In this document: positions 37,801 to 50,660 of the stretch, one piece after another
Position numbering within the stretch: position 1 is the stretch's first letter
How the letters are laid out: each line of letters begins with the position of its first letter
From: Ramazzottius varieornatus
Lineage: Eukaryota > Animalia > Tardigrada
Reading direction: 5' to 3'
Length of the DNA stretch: 64,000 nt
Assembly: GCA_001949185.1 (NCBI GenBank)
Contig: BDGG01000011.1
Coordinates: 951,552-1,015,551, forward strand
Position numbers and translations under genes: made by a program
The notes under the pieces: generated by a model
Seen by the model: only the letters and a program-made list of their open reading frames with translations
Databases searched by the model: none
What the model was told of the DNA's origin: nothing

Positions 37801-40800
37801 GTTGCGGTTTCATTGACTGAAAACCTGCGCCACTAGGAAGGACGCTCTCGTCGAGTTTGTTCGCCGTGCTTCCATTTCATACTTGGCAGAGGAGTAGACC
37901 ACCACCAGCTTCTTCCCCATGACACTAGCATGATGAAAGCCTTCAGCCAAGAACATGACTTCCGCGATGCGTTGGGCGTCCGGAACAGACATGGCAATAG
38001 GTCGAAAGAGCTGCTTCAGGTTGTCCGGAAGCTTCTGTCTGCCGCCGTACCCTTTAGAGGCTGGGTTTAAGGTCACGAAGATGCCTGCTTGGTGGCGATT
38101 AATATCGACCTTGCGGTCCAGCAGTTCCAGCTGTGTGGAGGGGTCCTTCAGTGCGGCCTGAATGGCCATGATCTGTGTGGAGATGGCCGACATGGTCAGT
38201 TCGTCCAGTCGGTTGAACTCGTCGAAGCAACCCCAAGCACCGCATTTCAGCAGCCCGATGAACATACGACCCATTGACGTCGGATCGATACCTTCGTCGC
38301 AGTTGAAGACCAACACCTAGAAGACCAAGAATTAGTCAAGTATGACAGAATAGTTTATGTACTGACTGCTTTTTTTTATTTTTAAGAAAACCTCTGTCGA
38401 GGAAACCGTCGGAACATCGGGTTTTTTTGGGACCGTTACTGGTACTACCGGAATTCCTGTCGAGCAATTGCTCTACTGTAATATGGCAGATTGCCCTGTA
38501 ATTTTTTTACGTTTTACATGCTTTTGACCACCGGCCTGCCATCTCCGAACATGGATGGCTGGCCAGTGGCGACTGATGCAGAATACGCCAGCAGACTTCA
38601 TACACAGCTCTTTGTGTTTTTTCCGTCATCTTCGTCAAAACTCTCAACATTCGCCCTCGTACTTCCGACCTACTGCGGTTCCGATGTCCGTTCGAAAACT
38701 GTGCCAAATTTAGTTTTGATTAAATTGATGTTGCAGAATCTGGCGGAAAATTTTTAGAATCAGTTCCTGCATACGGAACGAATTTCCACACACATGTTCT
38801 TCAGTTTCGGTTTTTCGTTGTTCTGCAGACCTTTTGCAGTTGTTTCGAGCTATCTTTATAGTTTGACGGATACTATCGAAGGCGCCCAAAACCTCAAATC
38901 GTAACGTTAGAATAAGAGAAATATCCTTAAACGACGATTTAAAGCGAACAAACGACAAACAAAGCCCTGGCTTCGGAACATGCCTGTCAAACATTTTCCA
39001 TAAGGAACAGCAAAAAGCATACCGTCAAACGGCTACAACCACACAACTTCGCCACTGCGCAAATTGCCAGCGGCAGTAACCGGTGGCCAGTGGACCTGCT
39101 TGTGCACAAGCTTCGGCCATAATTCCGTAGCTTCGCCATAATTCCGTTTGACATCATCCGTCAAACGCTTCTGTCGACAGAAGCGATGTTTTATCTCTAA
39201 GGATTCCCTACCCCCCAAAAAAACCTGATGTTCCGAAGGTTCCTTGCAAGAGGTCTTTAACAAATCAAAGACAGCTACAAAGAAGGCTTCCACCTCTCAA
39301 ATAAGAGGCACACGTACGACGAGAAAGTTTGTAGCAGTAAAAAGTTTGGAACAGGCGGAAAAGACGGCAAACTGAGGATACAACCGTAGAAAATTGTCAA
39401 AAAGTGCATTAGTTTGAATTGCGCACGTACGTACAAACTTCCGTTCCGCTGTTTCGGAATCGCCTGATCCCAACTTATTACTGCTCCAAACTTTCTCGTC
39501 GTACGTGTAGGGTACTCTATCAGGTATGAATCCTTTCACTGTACTGAGTATGTACCTGTCGGCCCAGATGAGCACCCAGCTCCTTAACAGACTCCGTCTT
39601 TCCCGTACCAGCAGGTCCGTACGGGTTACCGCCCAATCCCATCAGCATAGCCTGCGTCAGTGTCAGAAAGCATTTATCCGTCAGTGGCGTGTGCACAAGA
39701 CCAGTGAGGCAGCCATGGTACTCAAAGCTGTACTGGAACTCGGCGTCCACCATACGAACTGTCACAGCGCCGCTCACTTCGGCATAGTAGCGCAGCTGCT
39801 TCTGCCATAACCACTCTTCCGTGGTGGTGATGCCTTCTTGGATCAAACGATTAACTACGTCCATTCTGTGGATGTTGTCCAGAACAAGGCCTTGGATGGT
39901 GGTCAGACGGACAAGGTCGGCGATCGAGTGCTGAATACTTGTCAGTGAATCCAACTGCAATAAGAGAAATAGTAAAATCCGGAATTTCGTTGAAGTATTT
40001 AAAAAGTTCAGTCACACCCGCTTTTGGACGTCAGTTCGAACGGTTGCCAGTTCCTTCGCTTTAATCGCTTTCTCAGCCAACTCGGTGAACTTGATCCTCT
40101 CCGATAGTCGAAGAACTTGACTGGGGAACCGTCCTAAGGTTTCAATAGTGAAAGGGATTTTCAGGCAGTCTTTCAGAAGGCTCCTCAAGGATCGCTTGAG
40201 TTCTTGTGACAGCGACCCGAGCCAAATCTGTTTTCAGGGTACGATTTATACGGCAAGAACATCATTGAAAAAAAACTTTGTTATTGACAGTTCGACATGG
40301 CAAACCTCAACGGATCCCGCTGTGCTGACGGCAGACCTGAGCGGCAGTACTTCGCCTTCAGGTGAACGTACACTGACGATGCTCTTTCCGTCTTGTCCGA
40401 ACTCCACTGAGTGGACTCCAGAGAAAAGCTTCTTGAGGTGAGCTTGGAGAACTTTTGGATTTGATGCTTGGCCGAGAATCTCCAGCAGATCATCGTCGCC
40501 GATAAAGTAAAATCTAAATGGAACACAATAGTGAGATGTAACAAAAAAGACCATCCAGAAGTGTTTCCCATGGTTCCGTGCTCGTTTCATTGCTGCATGT
40601 TTTTATGATACGGTACTATTCTTGGTAAGGAGCACATGGACAGAATGCCGACTCTGAAGCAACCCGGAGCCATAGTGCCATTTTTCTATGATTCATCGTA
40701 ATATTCCTTGAGTGACTTGCCATCTTTAGGCATTGGTGCCAACAGTACCTTGGGAATGTGAGTCGGTTCGTCTCCAAGAATTCGTTCAGTGCTTTTTGAC

Positions 40801-43800
40801 AGCGTTGGAGCTGATCGAGAATGTTCGGCAAGAGGTTCTTCAAGGCCGGTCGCATCCATGTCAGTAATCTCGATTCTTTGGCAATTTCTTTCAGTACCCC
40901 TCGAAAGTCATTATTGGCTCGTTTGAACCGGCCTTCTTCGTTGGGTAGAGTATTCCGAGAGCAGATGGGCTCGAGATAGACCCACTTGCGCTGAATTTGG
41001 TGGAGGTTGTCCAGCAGGAAACTGAGGTCTACCAGCCGCTGCTCCCAGATGGCGATGCGATCGGCAAACTTACCGTAATGCTGAGAATCTTTAGTCGACT
41101 GCAACAACCGTTGCTTCTCTCCCACCTGCATTTACAGGTGCCAAAAGTAATCAATCAGATCGAAAAGGACAGTTTCAATCAATAATTCTACCGTGGTCAA
41201 AAGTTCGGCCCAGTCCTTGACGATTTGAATTTGCACGCCTGAAGAGTCACTGTAGTTCGTCAGATGGAAGCTTGCCGAAGCCGCCCAAATTTCCAGCTCG
41301 CGAAGAGCTTCTCTGATGGAGACTTCGGCTTGCGCTCTGGCTGCCAAGTCCTACAGAACACGGCCTCAAAATCAGTCACATCAACTATCGGGTAACTATT
41401 TTCCGGAAATTTTTGGCTTACTTTGATCGTGTTGCCTTCGCTGATGATTTTTTCACAAGCCCCAATCAGGTCCCCAAACGTCAGTTGTTCAACATTGGTG
41501 TTCCTCAAGCCCAGCCTTCCGAACAGTTCGCCCCAGTGTTCGTCGGAGAAGGCGTCACCTCTAGCAGCCTTCAGAACCGGCAATGCTGTGCGGAACCGTA
41601 CGATGTCCTGTTGAATGCGCAAGGTGAAGGCTGTGGGAGCAGCTGTCTGCATCTTGCCGCTCCAGTTCTTCAGGACTTCTTCAAAGCGGTAGAGCTTGTT
41701 GCGGAAGGTCAGCCAGTCTTCTTTACCCAGTTCGTCCACGTCTTGCGTGAAGTCTGTCACGTCCTTCCACGCTCGCTCGGTCCGCTCGAAATCGAGGATG
41801 ATGGCGTCGATGATGCGCGTGTTGGGTAATGGAAGATTCAGCTGCTTGCACTGCGCTCTGTCGTTAGGGAAGGAATCAACCCAAACGAGCTTCAGCGAAC
41901 GAATAGCATTTCGGAGCTCGAATAAGGAATTCGATACGAATGCTTCCCAAGTGGCGCACGTCTACATTGTGATTGGCTAATGGTTTACGCCACTTGGGAA
42001 ATTCGAAAAGATTGTCTCTTCGGGCGGCGCACCTCCTTACTTTAATCGGGTGTAACCGTGCGCCGCTTGGAAAAGCAATCTTGTCGCGTTTGTCTATCGA
42101 CTTCCCCAATTAAAGTTCGATATCAGAAAAATGCTTACACTAGCTGGGTCTTTTTGTCGATCAGTTTCTGCAAATCTTCACGCCTGCTCTGTACACTTTC
42201 CGCCACCTTCTTCGTTTCAGATACCGATAGGCCTTCCAAAAGATCTTCCGAAGGTCGCGCTTGCTTCCACCTGGCTTCGAACTTCTCCAGCTCAAGTTCA
42301 AAGCCCTTCAGGTCCTTCTCCACCCGTTCCTCCAGCGCAGCTGTCTGTAAATCCAGAGGTACTCGATAGTCAATCAAGCAACCAGGTCTCCCGCAGAGAT
42401 GGCAAACCGGAGCTTACCTGCTCTTTCATAACAGACTTGTGGTCCTCCAACATGGCGGACACGGCGTTCCACGACCTCAGCACACTGTCCGACTTGTCGG
42501 TTCCCCTACCTGTCACGCTTTTCAGCAGAGCGTTCTTTTCTTCGATACTAGCCAATCTTGGCTTCATCTGGGAAAAAGGAAAAGTTAGATGTATTCGACA
42601 GGCTGGCAAACAACACTGGAATGATCGCTGCTGGAGTGGCTCAGTTTACCTTGTTATTGATTGAAAATGTGCGCCACTTGAGACGACGATCATCCCGTGC
42701 CTGTTTGCCCGCCTCCCATCTTTAGCAATTTTGTTAAAATTTGTTTTATGTATAATTGAAAATGTGTTCAACATTTATCTTGAGTTTATTTTGAATTGGT
42801 TCTGAATATTATTTTGCTGGGTTCGCAGATCCTCACTTCTTCGCTTTCACGGACTAGTCGCAAGAACTCCAACGACAAATTCTGTAGTTCTTCGGTTGTA
42901 GAGGGTCTGGTCGACATGACCTTGTTAGAATCATTCACGAAGGAAGACACCGTCTGGACTTCGGTCAGCAACGACTGACGCAAGGCATTGCTCAGAGACT
43001 CGTACGTGTCCTGCAGTAATCCGTCGATGATATTCCGCAGCGCGCCCAGGTTGACCACAACGTTTTCCACCTTGATCTGCCTGAAAAAGCGCAAACGTTC
43101 GTCGACTCTTACAAAACCGAACCTGGGAGTACAAACAAAAGTCATCAGTTATCTTACAGCGGCAAATGTTCGATGGCTTTTCCCCGCTGCTTCAATGCCT
43201 TGAGTTCCACATCGAAATCTTGTGCCGTCTTCGCAGAAGAAAGGTCTTCGAACGACTTGATGTCAATCGACCCCATCGCAACATATTTCTGTAATAAAGA
43301 GAAATCATTCTAAAAAATAACATGTTTTGGTTTTGTTATTGCGGTTACTCTGTCAAAATCTGAAAACTATTGTCATTAAAATCTTCTGAAGTGTTTTTTG
43401 TATCCCGCAAATTGTTTTCAGTTATCTCGAACGAAATTATATTGCACAATTGACTTACTTTTTGGAAATGTTATTTTATTGAATTGGGATATGCTGACCT
43501 GGCTTTCATCGATGACACTTTCCAATCTTCTCATCAGTTCTTCAATGTTCTTTTCTGCGGTGACTATCTCAGTCTGACAACTCGCGACTACTTGCCGAAA
43601 TAGATCCCGTTTAGCGGTGACTTCGCTGAGCGGCTTGAGGGATGCCGGTACTTCGTACAGCTTTGTCAGTTCCGCGGTGAAGTTGTCGCGGATCTCATCC
43701 AAGCTCGGTCGGAACTGCAGAGTGCTATTGCGGTAGACCAAATCCACCTGCATTTCCGGTAAGTTCTCGCTGAGTTGGACCAGGCACTTCTTCATTTGTG

Positions 43801-46800
43801 ACTCTAAAGCCTTGCGGATTTGTTGGTCGATGTCCAACCGCCATGGAACCATATTCTCCGGAGGATACCGCTTCACAAACAACCCGTTCAGTGATAATGT
43901 AAAAAGTTCGGACGAAAGACAAGTACCTCAGTTTCAACAGCGACAGTCAGGACTATCTTATGAATCTCATTCAGCAACCGCCTCCATTCTGAAGTATTCT
44001 GTAACAGGCTAGTCTCCGACATCTGCGAGACCATCACCACGATCTTCTCGTGAAAATTCCTGAGTTTGCGATTTTCCTGCGTCAATCTAAGAAGCAAACC
44101 TTTTTTGGACACCTGATTCGGTGTATTCCATGAAAAATGTTTTGAAAAATGAACACAAATGGCGCTCCAACATAGAAAACAGAGTATGTGTGGATTGTTA
44201 TGGAGTTCTACCCCGGTTTCTGATCGAACACCCATCTGTTATACGATCACTTACGCTAACGTAGCTTCGTGAACTTCGCCGATATACGCCGTCACTTTTT
44301 TCGTGTCGGTCCACCGGATCCCTTCCTTGCCCCCACTGCGAATGATTCTTTCGAACCTCTTTGCCGACTCGATCATCATGGGTTTTTGGCAGTGGATCAT
44401 CTGCTGGTCGATGGTATTGTAGAAGTGCGCCACCTGCATCAGCACGATGCCGGACTCGTACAGTTTCTTAGCTTGTTCGCTCCGCTCTTTGATCTCTTCG
44501 GACGTGCGGAAGCCTATACTTTCCAGGTACCGTACTTCTCTGATCAGCAGGATCAGCCGTTCACTGAAGTTGACGGAGAGACGACCGCTAGGATGTTCAA
44601 TTTCCAGGAGCGGACTGGACAAGTCCAAACTGGAGAAATTAAACGTACCATTCACTTTTGATAAAAATTCAACTTTTAGATAATCTTTTGAAAAAATATG
44701 AAAATCGAATCGTGCGCGACAATCAAAAATTCTTGTCACAGTCAGCAAATAGGACCCAGGCAAAGAAACTCGACAAGATCGTTTTCCAACTGGCGCATAA
44801 TTCCGGCCAGTAACACTGGAAACGCGCGCCAGTTGAGCGAACAGTGTGACCGCGTCAACCAAATGACGCATGTTTTCAGCCAACACACTGGAACTGTGCG
44901 CTACTTGCAACTCGATGAGATCGATTAGCCAAGCGACGCACGTTTGCAGTGTAACGGGCTGTAGTCGTGCGCCACTTGAGATGACAAACATGTCGGGTTG
45001 TTATAGCGAGCTGCCCGAAGGGTTCACTGATTTTACTGCTTCAGATACCTGAATTCGTTCTTAGGTTGCTTCATTTTACGCAGTATGTCGTTGCACCATT
45101 CGTCGAACCGATCCCGACATCGGCTCTCCGTGGCTTCCGTCAACGCCCTCAGTCTCGAGTGGAAAGCTTCAAACTTTGGAACATCACCCATGCTTTCTTG
45201 CATGCCGGTATTCAGCTCGCGAAGCTGAAGTAGGATCTGCCGGGTCCAGATCATGTTGGACACTGTGGGCGAGTTATTTTCGTAGACTTCAGAACTGTCT
45301 CTGTCGAAGTCTTGCTCGTATCTGCCGACTAACTTCCCCACGTGACCCAACAACATCTCTCTGAACACGAAAACAACAGCATACACCTAGCGCCGAAAAG
45401 TATCCACAAAAACTCATCGTAACATTCGGTTACGTGCCAACCTTTCTGTCGCCAGTGCTTCCTTCACTTTCGTCCTTTTCAGCAAATTATTACGTTTCTG
45501 CAGTTCCGAAATCATCTGGATAATTCAGAGGCAAGTATCAACTTTTTTTGCAAGCGACTGTGTAGCGCGGAGCAATACACGCACGACGGAAGATTATGGG
45601 GCCAGTAAAAATTATGGGACCATGCGGAAAAGACGGCAAAACTGAAATTTAAACGTAGAAAAGTGTCCGAAAGTTTATTGCTCTGAATTGATCGCGTACG
45701 TACTTGCTTCCGTACCGCCGTAGCGAAATAGCATGGTGCCATAATATTTACTGGCCCCATAATATCCCGTCGTGCGTGTACAGAGCTAGCAAACCTGGCG
45801 GGAATCAGCAGTAGGATTGTAAAATTTCTTCTTGAGTCTCTCCGCGATGACGTCGTCGTACCGAGACATTTTCTGGTCGAAGTTTCGAAAGGCAGCTGTC
45901 CAGACCTCATCGCCACCCTTACCTACGTTCAGGTTATCAATTTTCATGAAGACTTCGGACGGGTGAGGTTTATCCAAAGTGCTGCCGAGAAGATCAGCGA
46001 CTTCTTCGACAGTTGCTTTGATCGTTCTAATCTGCAGAATACAAGCTAGTTTAGATTTTCTTGGTCCCAGTCTGATCTAGGAATGTTCTTGCCAGACCAT
46101 TTTCTAACCTGATCTAACCGCTGTCTCAATTTTTCGGTACTTTCTGCCTTGACGAGACCTGAAGTCCACCTGTTCCTCTCGTCTTCCGGCCATAATTCTT
46201 CTGTCAATGCCCGACAAACATCGGACCACTTATTACAGATGGCGAGGCAGTCTGTCAGGAACTCCTCGGCTTCCGAAGAGTCGGCCGTCCATATTTTATC
46301 CTTTTCGGCGGAACTTTGCAGAACGGAAACACACTGCTCATCTGGGAATACGAAAGAGTCTTAACGTCACCAGTTGGAATGAGCGATGATAGACTATTGA
46401 TAGGTTTAAGAAAATGGTCTCTAACAAGACTTCGGCTCCACGACATTTTAACAGACTCGATATAAAAGAGTTCTATACGAGACAAGCAGAACATTGGCGT
46501 ACCGAAAAGAGCGAAGATGCGGCGCGCTCGATCTTCCGTAAAGGCCGCCTTAATCAATGCGCGGTCTTTCCATAATTTGGACAACTGCACGTCGACATTC
46601 TCTAGAATTTCGGGAACATCCTTCAGGGCTGCCGATGCAATATCATTGTACGATTTAACAAGATCGCTAAGCGCCGAGAGTATCACGGACACACTCCGAT
46701 TCGTAGTGGAAGAAAGGTTCAGCCAATATCGATACTCTTCCTCCATATTCCTATTAAACCTCGAACACCTTCAGCAAGGTACTTTGCTCGTTTGTCGTGC

Positions 46801-47000
46801 TAAAGTTAGAAGTCCTCACAGATTCCAGACTGGAACTTGACCGTCGAACGGTTTGAAAAATTAATCGAAGGTGATCGCATACAGACGCGGGTGCTTTCGG
46901 AGAGCACCTGCAACAATAATCGATGGAAAGACGCGACTCTAACATACTCTACTGACTGAGCCTTCAGTTCATCCTTGTTCTCGATCAATATCGCACCTGC
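25843..47000 (-). CDS. DYNC2H1: Cytoplasmic dynein 2 heavy chain (retrograde IFT motor), many exons; 5' end unresolved (~46.7-47.8 kb)
   Basis: AAA1 [61 protein letters not shown]; AAA2 GPATSGKT; AAA3 GPVGCGKG; AAA4 PSGYGRR; stalk [12 protein letters not shown]-terminus [13 protein letters not shown] with stop at 25843-25845. The [18 protein letters not shown] and GRR variants are dynein-2 type. Confidence 0.93.
27012..27748. mobile_element. Degenerate TIR element in a DYNC2H1 intron
   Basis: GTTCAGGCCACATCGCTACCAC at the left end pairs with GTGGCAGCGTTGTGGCCTGAAC at the right end; AT-rich interior. Confidence 0.7.
30128..30691. mobile_element. TIR element (TTGACAGTACC ends); related segments at ~29.75-29.9 kb and ~38.4/39.2 kb
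   Basis: TTGACAGTACC...GGTACTGTCAA. The internal block TCAAAAGCCCGATGTT(T/C)CGAGGG is shared at ~29768 and ~30619. Confidence 0.6.
31846..32030. mobile_element. Palindromic MITE in a DYNC2H1 intron
   Basis: AGTGAATTT(A/G)ACCAAGCTTT...GTCGGACC...ATTGGCCAAT...TTGGTTGAC is inverted at the right end. Confidence 0.8.
32555..32739. mobile_element. MITE family with TACACGCA(C/G)GACGA terminal repeats; further copies at ~39310-39510, ~45575-45782 and ~47025-47471
   Basis: TIR GTACACGCAGGACGAGAAATTATGG pairs with CCATAATTTCTCGTCTTGCGTGTAC. The internal motifs GCGGAAA(A/G)ACGGC and TTTCGCTACGGCGG are shared among copies. Confidence 0.8.
37156..37201. repeat. Short tandem repeat (ATTCAAACTCG)-like, ~4 copies, at a 3' splice region
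   Basis: attcaaaactcg attcaaactcg attcaaactca attcaaaactcg. Confidence 0.8.
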
Positions 47001-47954
47001 GCAATCTACGAGGAGGAAAACGATGTACACACGCGACGAGATATTATGGGCCAGTAAAAATTACGGGCCAGGCCCTTTCGCTACGGCGGCACGGGCAGGT
47101 GATTCTTGCTACAAGTAAAAACCAACATCGAAGGCTGGACTGCTGTGCGTCCGTGCCGGATACTGGGCCGAAGAGCTAAAGCTTGTCATAATTATTATAG
47201 CAGTTAGATCTCCATTTTACCGGAACACGTACACCTTAAACAGTTCAAGCTAGTCCAAGGCTTCTCCGGGAGAAAGTCGACAGCAAGGTTCAAGCGTTAG
47301 AGTAAAACAGCTGATGGCCACTGTCCACGACAATTTTCTACGGTTGAATCTTACTGAGTTACGTTGTTTGTCCGATTTCTGTTTCTGACTTCCATACAAA
47401 TTGTAAATTTGCCGTCTTTTCCGCCTGGCCCCTAATTTTTACTGGCCCATAATATTTCGTCGTTCGTGTACTGTATAAGCTCGCAACCAAAATGGGACGT
47501 AAGCAACCAAACTCGTCCAGATCGTTCCAAGTGGCGAACACGTTTGGTCAACAGCACTGAGAACGTGCGCCATGTTGGCAATCAATATTTTTGAGTTTTC
47601 AAGTGGCGCACACTTACGAACAATAACGCCGCATTCGTGCGCCACATGGGAAACTATTCTGCCATCTTCCTTGATGAGCTCGGATTTATCGGCCCGAGAC
47701 GTAACTGCGAACTCGAAGAGTGGACATTCATCAGTTGACTGCCGATCTGATTAAACGAATAAACTACCATAAAACTGGGCTTCTTGTAGTCTGAATGTCC
47801 AGACTGGAAAAACTGGCTCAGATTCAGAAATGGATTACCGACAACTGATAACAGAGCGACGGGAAACACTTACCGTCAGCAAGCAGTCTACTTACAAAGA
47901 TATCTTTGGAAAATTAAACGAGAGATGCGGGAGAACGTCGGCGACGGAGAGGGA

Positions 47955-48601
47955 TCAAATATATTCGGTATGCCACAATCTGCAAGAATAAATTCAAGAC
48001 AAATTCCTGAACTGGGACGAAAACCTTCGTAACGGCTGTAAGTGAACAAGACTCACCCTTGAACATAATCATCATCGTGAAGATGAGTCTGGATCAACTG
48101 CATCACTTCAGCCGGAGGATTTCTGCCGAGACGTTGTGCTCGTTCCCAACGCTCTATTCTCGACTGTCCTACGGCAAAAAGCATTTAGCCTTCATGTTTG
48201 AATACAGGGAACAATTACCAGCACATCTTACCAGCACATGGTCCGAACGTGTAGTCCATATCAAATCGTTTGAGAAGCTTCAGATGGTCCGGCTTGTGCG
48301 GATCAACCGCTGGACGTGCTTCTGGAAAATGGGAAAGAAGAAACGGTATTTATCAGAATATTCCGAAATGTTTTATATGACGAGTATTGCTCTGCAAACC
48401 TTTGGGAACGGAAGACGCAGAGTCAGATTTCTTCACTCGCAGCTCCGATGAGCTGGTGGAGGGAGAGGCTTTCTTGGGACTGGTGAGCTTCTGCTGGATG
48501 GAAGATGTGCTGCCTTTCTTGTCGACAGTCTTCGTTCGCTTTCGCACTCCTAAAACATCCGTCGAACTCGTCCGCTTCTTGCTAGCAGTCTTCGGAGGCA
48601 T
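47955..48601 (-). CDS. POLD4: DNA polymerase delta subunit 4 (p12); exons 48601-48400, 48321-48232, 48168-48057, 47979-47955
   Basis: The spliced product contains LLKRFDMDYTFGPCAGQSRIERWERAQRLGRNPPAEVMQLI...GLWHTEYI*, the conserved p12 core. Splice phases are consistent. Confidence 0.88.
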
Positions 48602-48989
48602 CTTAGGGCACTAGTTATCCTAACAAACGATGGATGAGAAGATCACAGTCGACAGTTCGCCCGAAAAGTTGTGTGTGAGAGAGAGAAACGATCGTGAAAA
48701 ATCCACTCAATCCAAATTTGATCCAAATCCACTCATTTCCAAATATTCCGAAAACGCTGTAATAGCCGTGCATTGATTGAATGGAGACAGCGAAATATCT
48801 TGATTGGGTGGATTTGGGGCATTCGGTTTTGAATTTCCGAATTTCAACCTCGTTATCATAATATTTGGAATTTCTCTCGTCGCTCCTCCGCATCTTTCTT
48901 CGATCCAGGAACAGCGAACATTGAGTCTAATCCTCTGTTGTATTACAAGAAGGTTCCATCTGCCTAAAACGAAGCTCACGGGAGGAGGG
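48602..48989. promoter_or_regulatory. Putative bidirectional promoter between POLD4 and RBM42
   Basis: Divergent start codons only ~390 bp apart. Inferred from geometry; no motif assigned. Confidence 0.55.
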
Positions 48990-50302
48990 ATGGCTAGCAT
49001 GGAGGACGAGATGCGTCGCTTCGAGATGGAGTTAGCTGGTACGGCGCCTCTTCAGCCACCACCGCCAGGCCACGTCGTTGGCCCACAACATCCGGGCATC
49101 TTCCAGCCGACTCTTCAACATGGACCGACCATCGCTCAACAACCGATGCCCATGAGGTTCATTCCTCATCAGCTGATGCACCGTGGTCCCGTCCCGCGTC
49201 CACAACCCTACGTCGTTCACGCAGCGCCTCAACCAGCACAGTCTTCCTTCAATCCCTTCATGCCCATGATGCCTCCCATGTTTCCTCGGATGCCCTCGAT
49301 GCAGTCCAGCCAGCCTTCCACCTCAACGCAGAGGACGAATGTCCAGCAGAACACGCTACAAGTTAGCGCCAACAAGGCCATGTTGGACGCTCAGAAAGCT
49401 ATGGCCATGCAGGTAAAAATTTAATTGAAGTAATTTCGATAATATGACGTCACCCGCTGGTTTAGTTTGGCTTCACGTACATTAGTCGTACGGGAAGTGC
49501 TAAGTCAGCTCAATGACGTAACGATGTTCACAGCGTTAGTCAACTATCAATCAGGCTCGACAAGATTATTTTCTCATGTGGCACAGGCTTTCGGCCAATA
49601 ATATCAGCACTGTGCGCCACTTGGAAAACCATCCTGTGGAGTTCGTTTGCCAAGTGGAGCATGTTTTCACTGTTATTGTATGAGGGCGTGCGCCGCTTGG
49701 AAAGTGACATCGTTGAGTTCCCAAGTGTTGCACGCTTTTACCCTATAACACTGACAGTGTGCGCCACTTGGGAAAACGATTTCAGTCGAGTTTCTTTGCC
49801 GATTAAATGATTAAAATAATATTCTTGGTTTGTTTTCTAGGTGAAAGAGCCTCCGGTGATGGGACCTCAAGTCACACCCAAGACGATAGAAGAGAAAGAT
49901 CTGTCGAACAAAGCCAAGAAGAACATCAAGTACCTCAGGACTGCTGGCGGAGATGTCTGGGAAGACACCAGCCTGGCTGAGTTCGATCCGAACGACTATC
50001 GGATTTTCTGTGGTGATCTGGGTAACGAAGTCAACGACGAAGCCCTTGCCCGGGCATTCCGAAGATATCCCACTTTCCAGAAAGCCAAGGTGGTCAGGGA
50101 CAAGAAGTCGAACAAAAGTAAAGGCTACGGGTTCGTCAGTTTCAAGGACCCGGACGACTTCGTGAAGGCCATGAAGGAAATGAATGGGAAGTACGTGGGC
50201 AATCGACCTATCAAGCTAAGGAAAAGTGCGTGGAAGGAGCGGCAGTTGGATGTTGCGAAGAAACGCGTCAAAGAAAAGCAAAAACTGGGACTTCGAATTT
50301 AA
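48990..50302 (+). CDS. RBM42: RNA-binding protein 42; exons 48990-49412, 49841-50302 (294 aa)
   Basis: MEDEMRRFEMEL N-terminus, Pro-rich middle, and RRM RTAGGDVWEDTSLAEFDPNDYRIFCGDLGNEVND...KGYGFVSF...GKYVGNRPIKLRKS. Confidence 0.95.
49575..49785. repeat. GTGCGCCACTTGG(A/G)AAA / TTCCAAGTGGCGCAC alternating-orientation repeat family; also at ~33470-33600, 41945-42110, 42668, 44780-44985, 47520-47655 and 62600-62655
   Basis: The same ~15-bp motif recurs in head-to-head and tail-to-tail arrays, almost always inside introns. Confidence 0.8.
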
Positions 50303-50660
50303 CTGTTCTTTTTTTCCTCTTCTCGTTTCGTTCGATTTTTATTTTGTTGCTGTTTTCACTGAACATAAGCAACTTTTCCGCGACGAATATTCTTCGAGAT
50401 GCAAGTCAAGACTCGAAACCGAATTTTTACCGACAACAAAACACGAGAAGGCTGAAAACCGTAACGCACTAGATCGTTACCTTAAGTGACGCACTCTTCC
50501 AGCCAGGAACAATGAGGAGATGCGCCACTCGAGGACGACGATCTTGTACGCTTTGTTTGCCCATCCGCGATCAGAATTTTGAAGATCGTTGACAGAATAC
50601 AGCGTAGTAAAAGTAAAACGAGTAATTTCTAAACATCAGAATATACTGAACAATCTTCGG

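Noticed and set aside
25843-47000. Fragmented dynein as a pseudogene, or as an axonemal/dynein-1 chain
   Set aside because: The breaks I examined coincide with GT-AG introns, and the AAA motifs are dynein-2 type.
48353-48601. Basic ORF as the dynein N-terminus or an orphan protein
   Set aside because: It splices in frame to the conserved POLD4 core.
49575-49785. CRISPR-like array of short repeats with spacers
   Set aside because: Repeats alternate in orientation, are degenerate and intronic; the DNA is eukaryotic and there are no cas genes.
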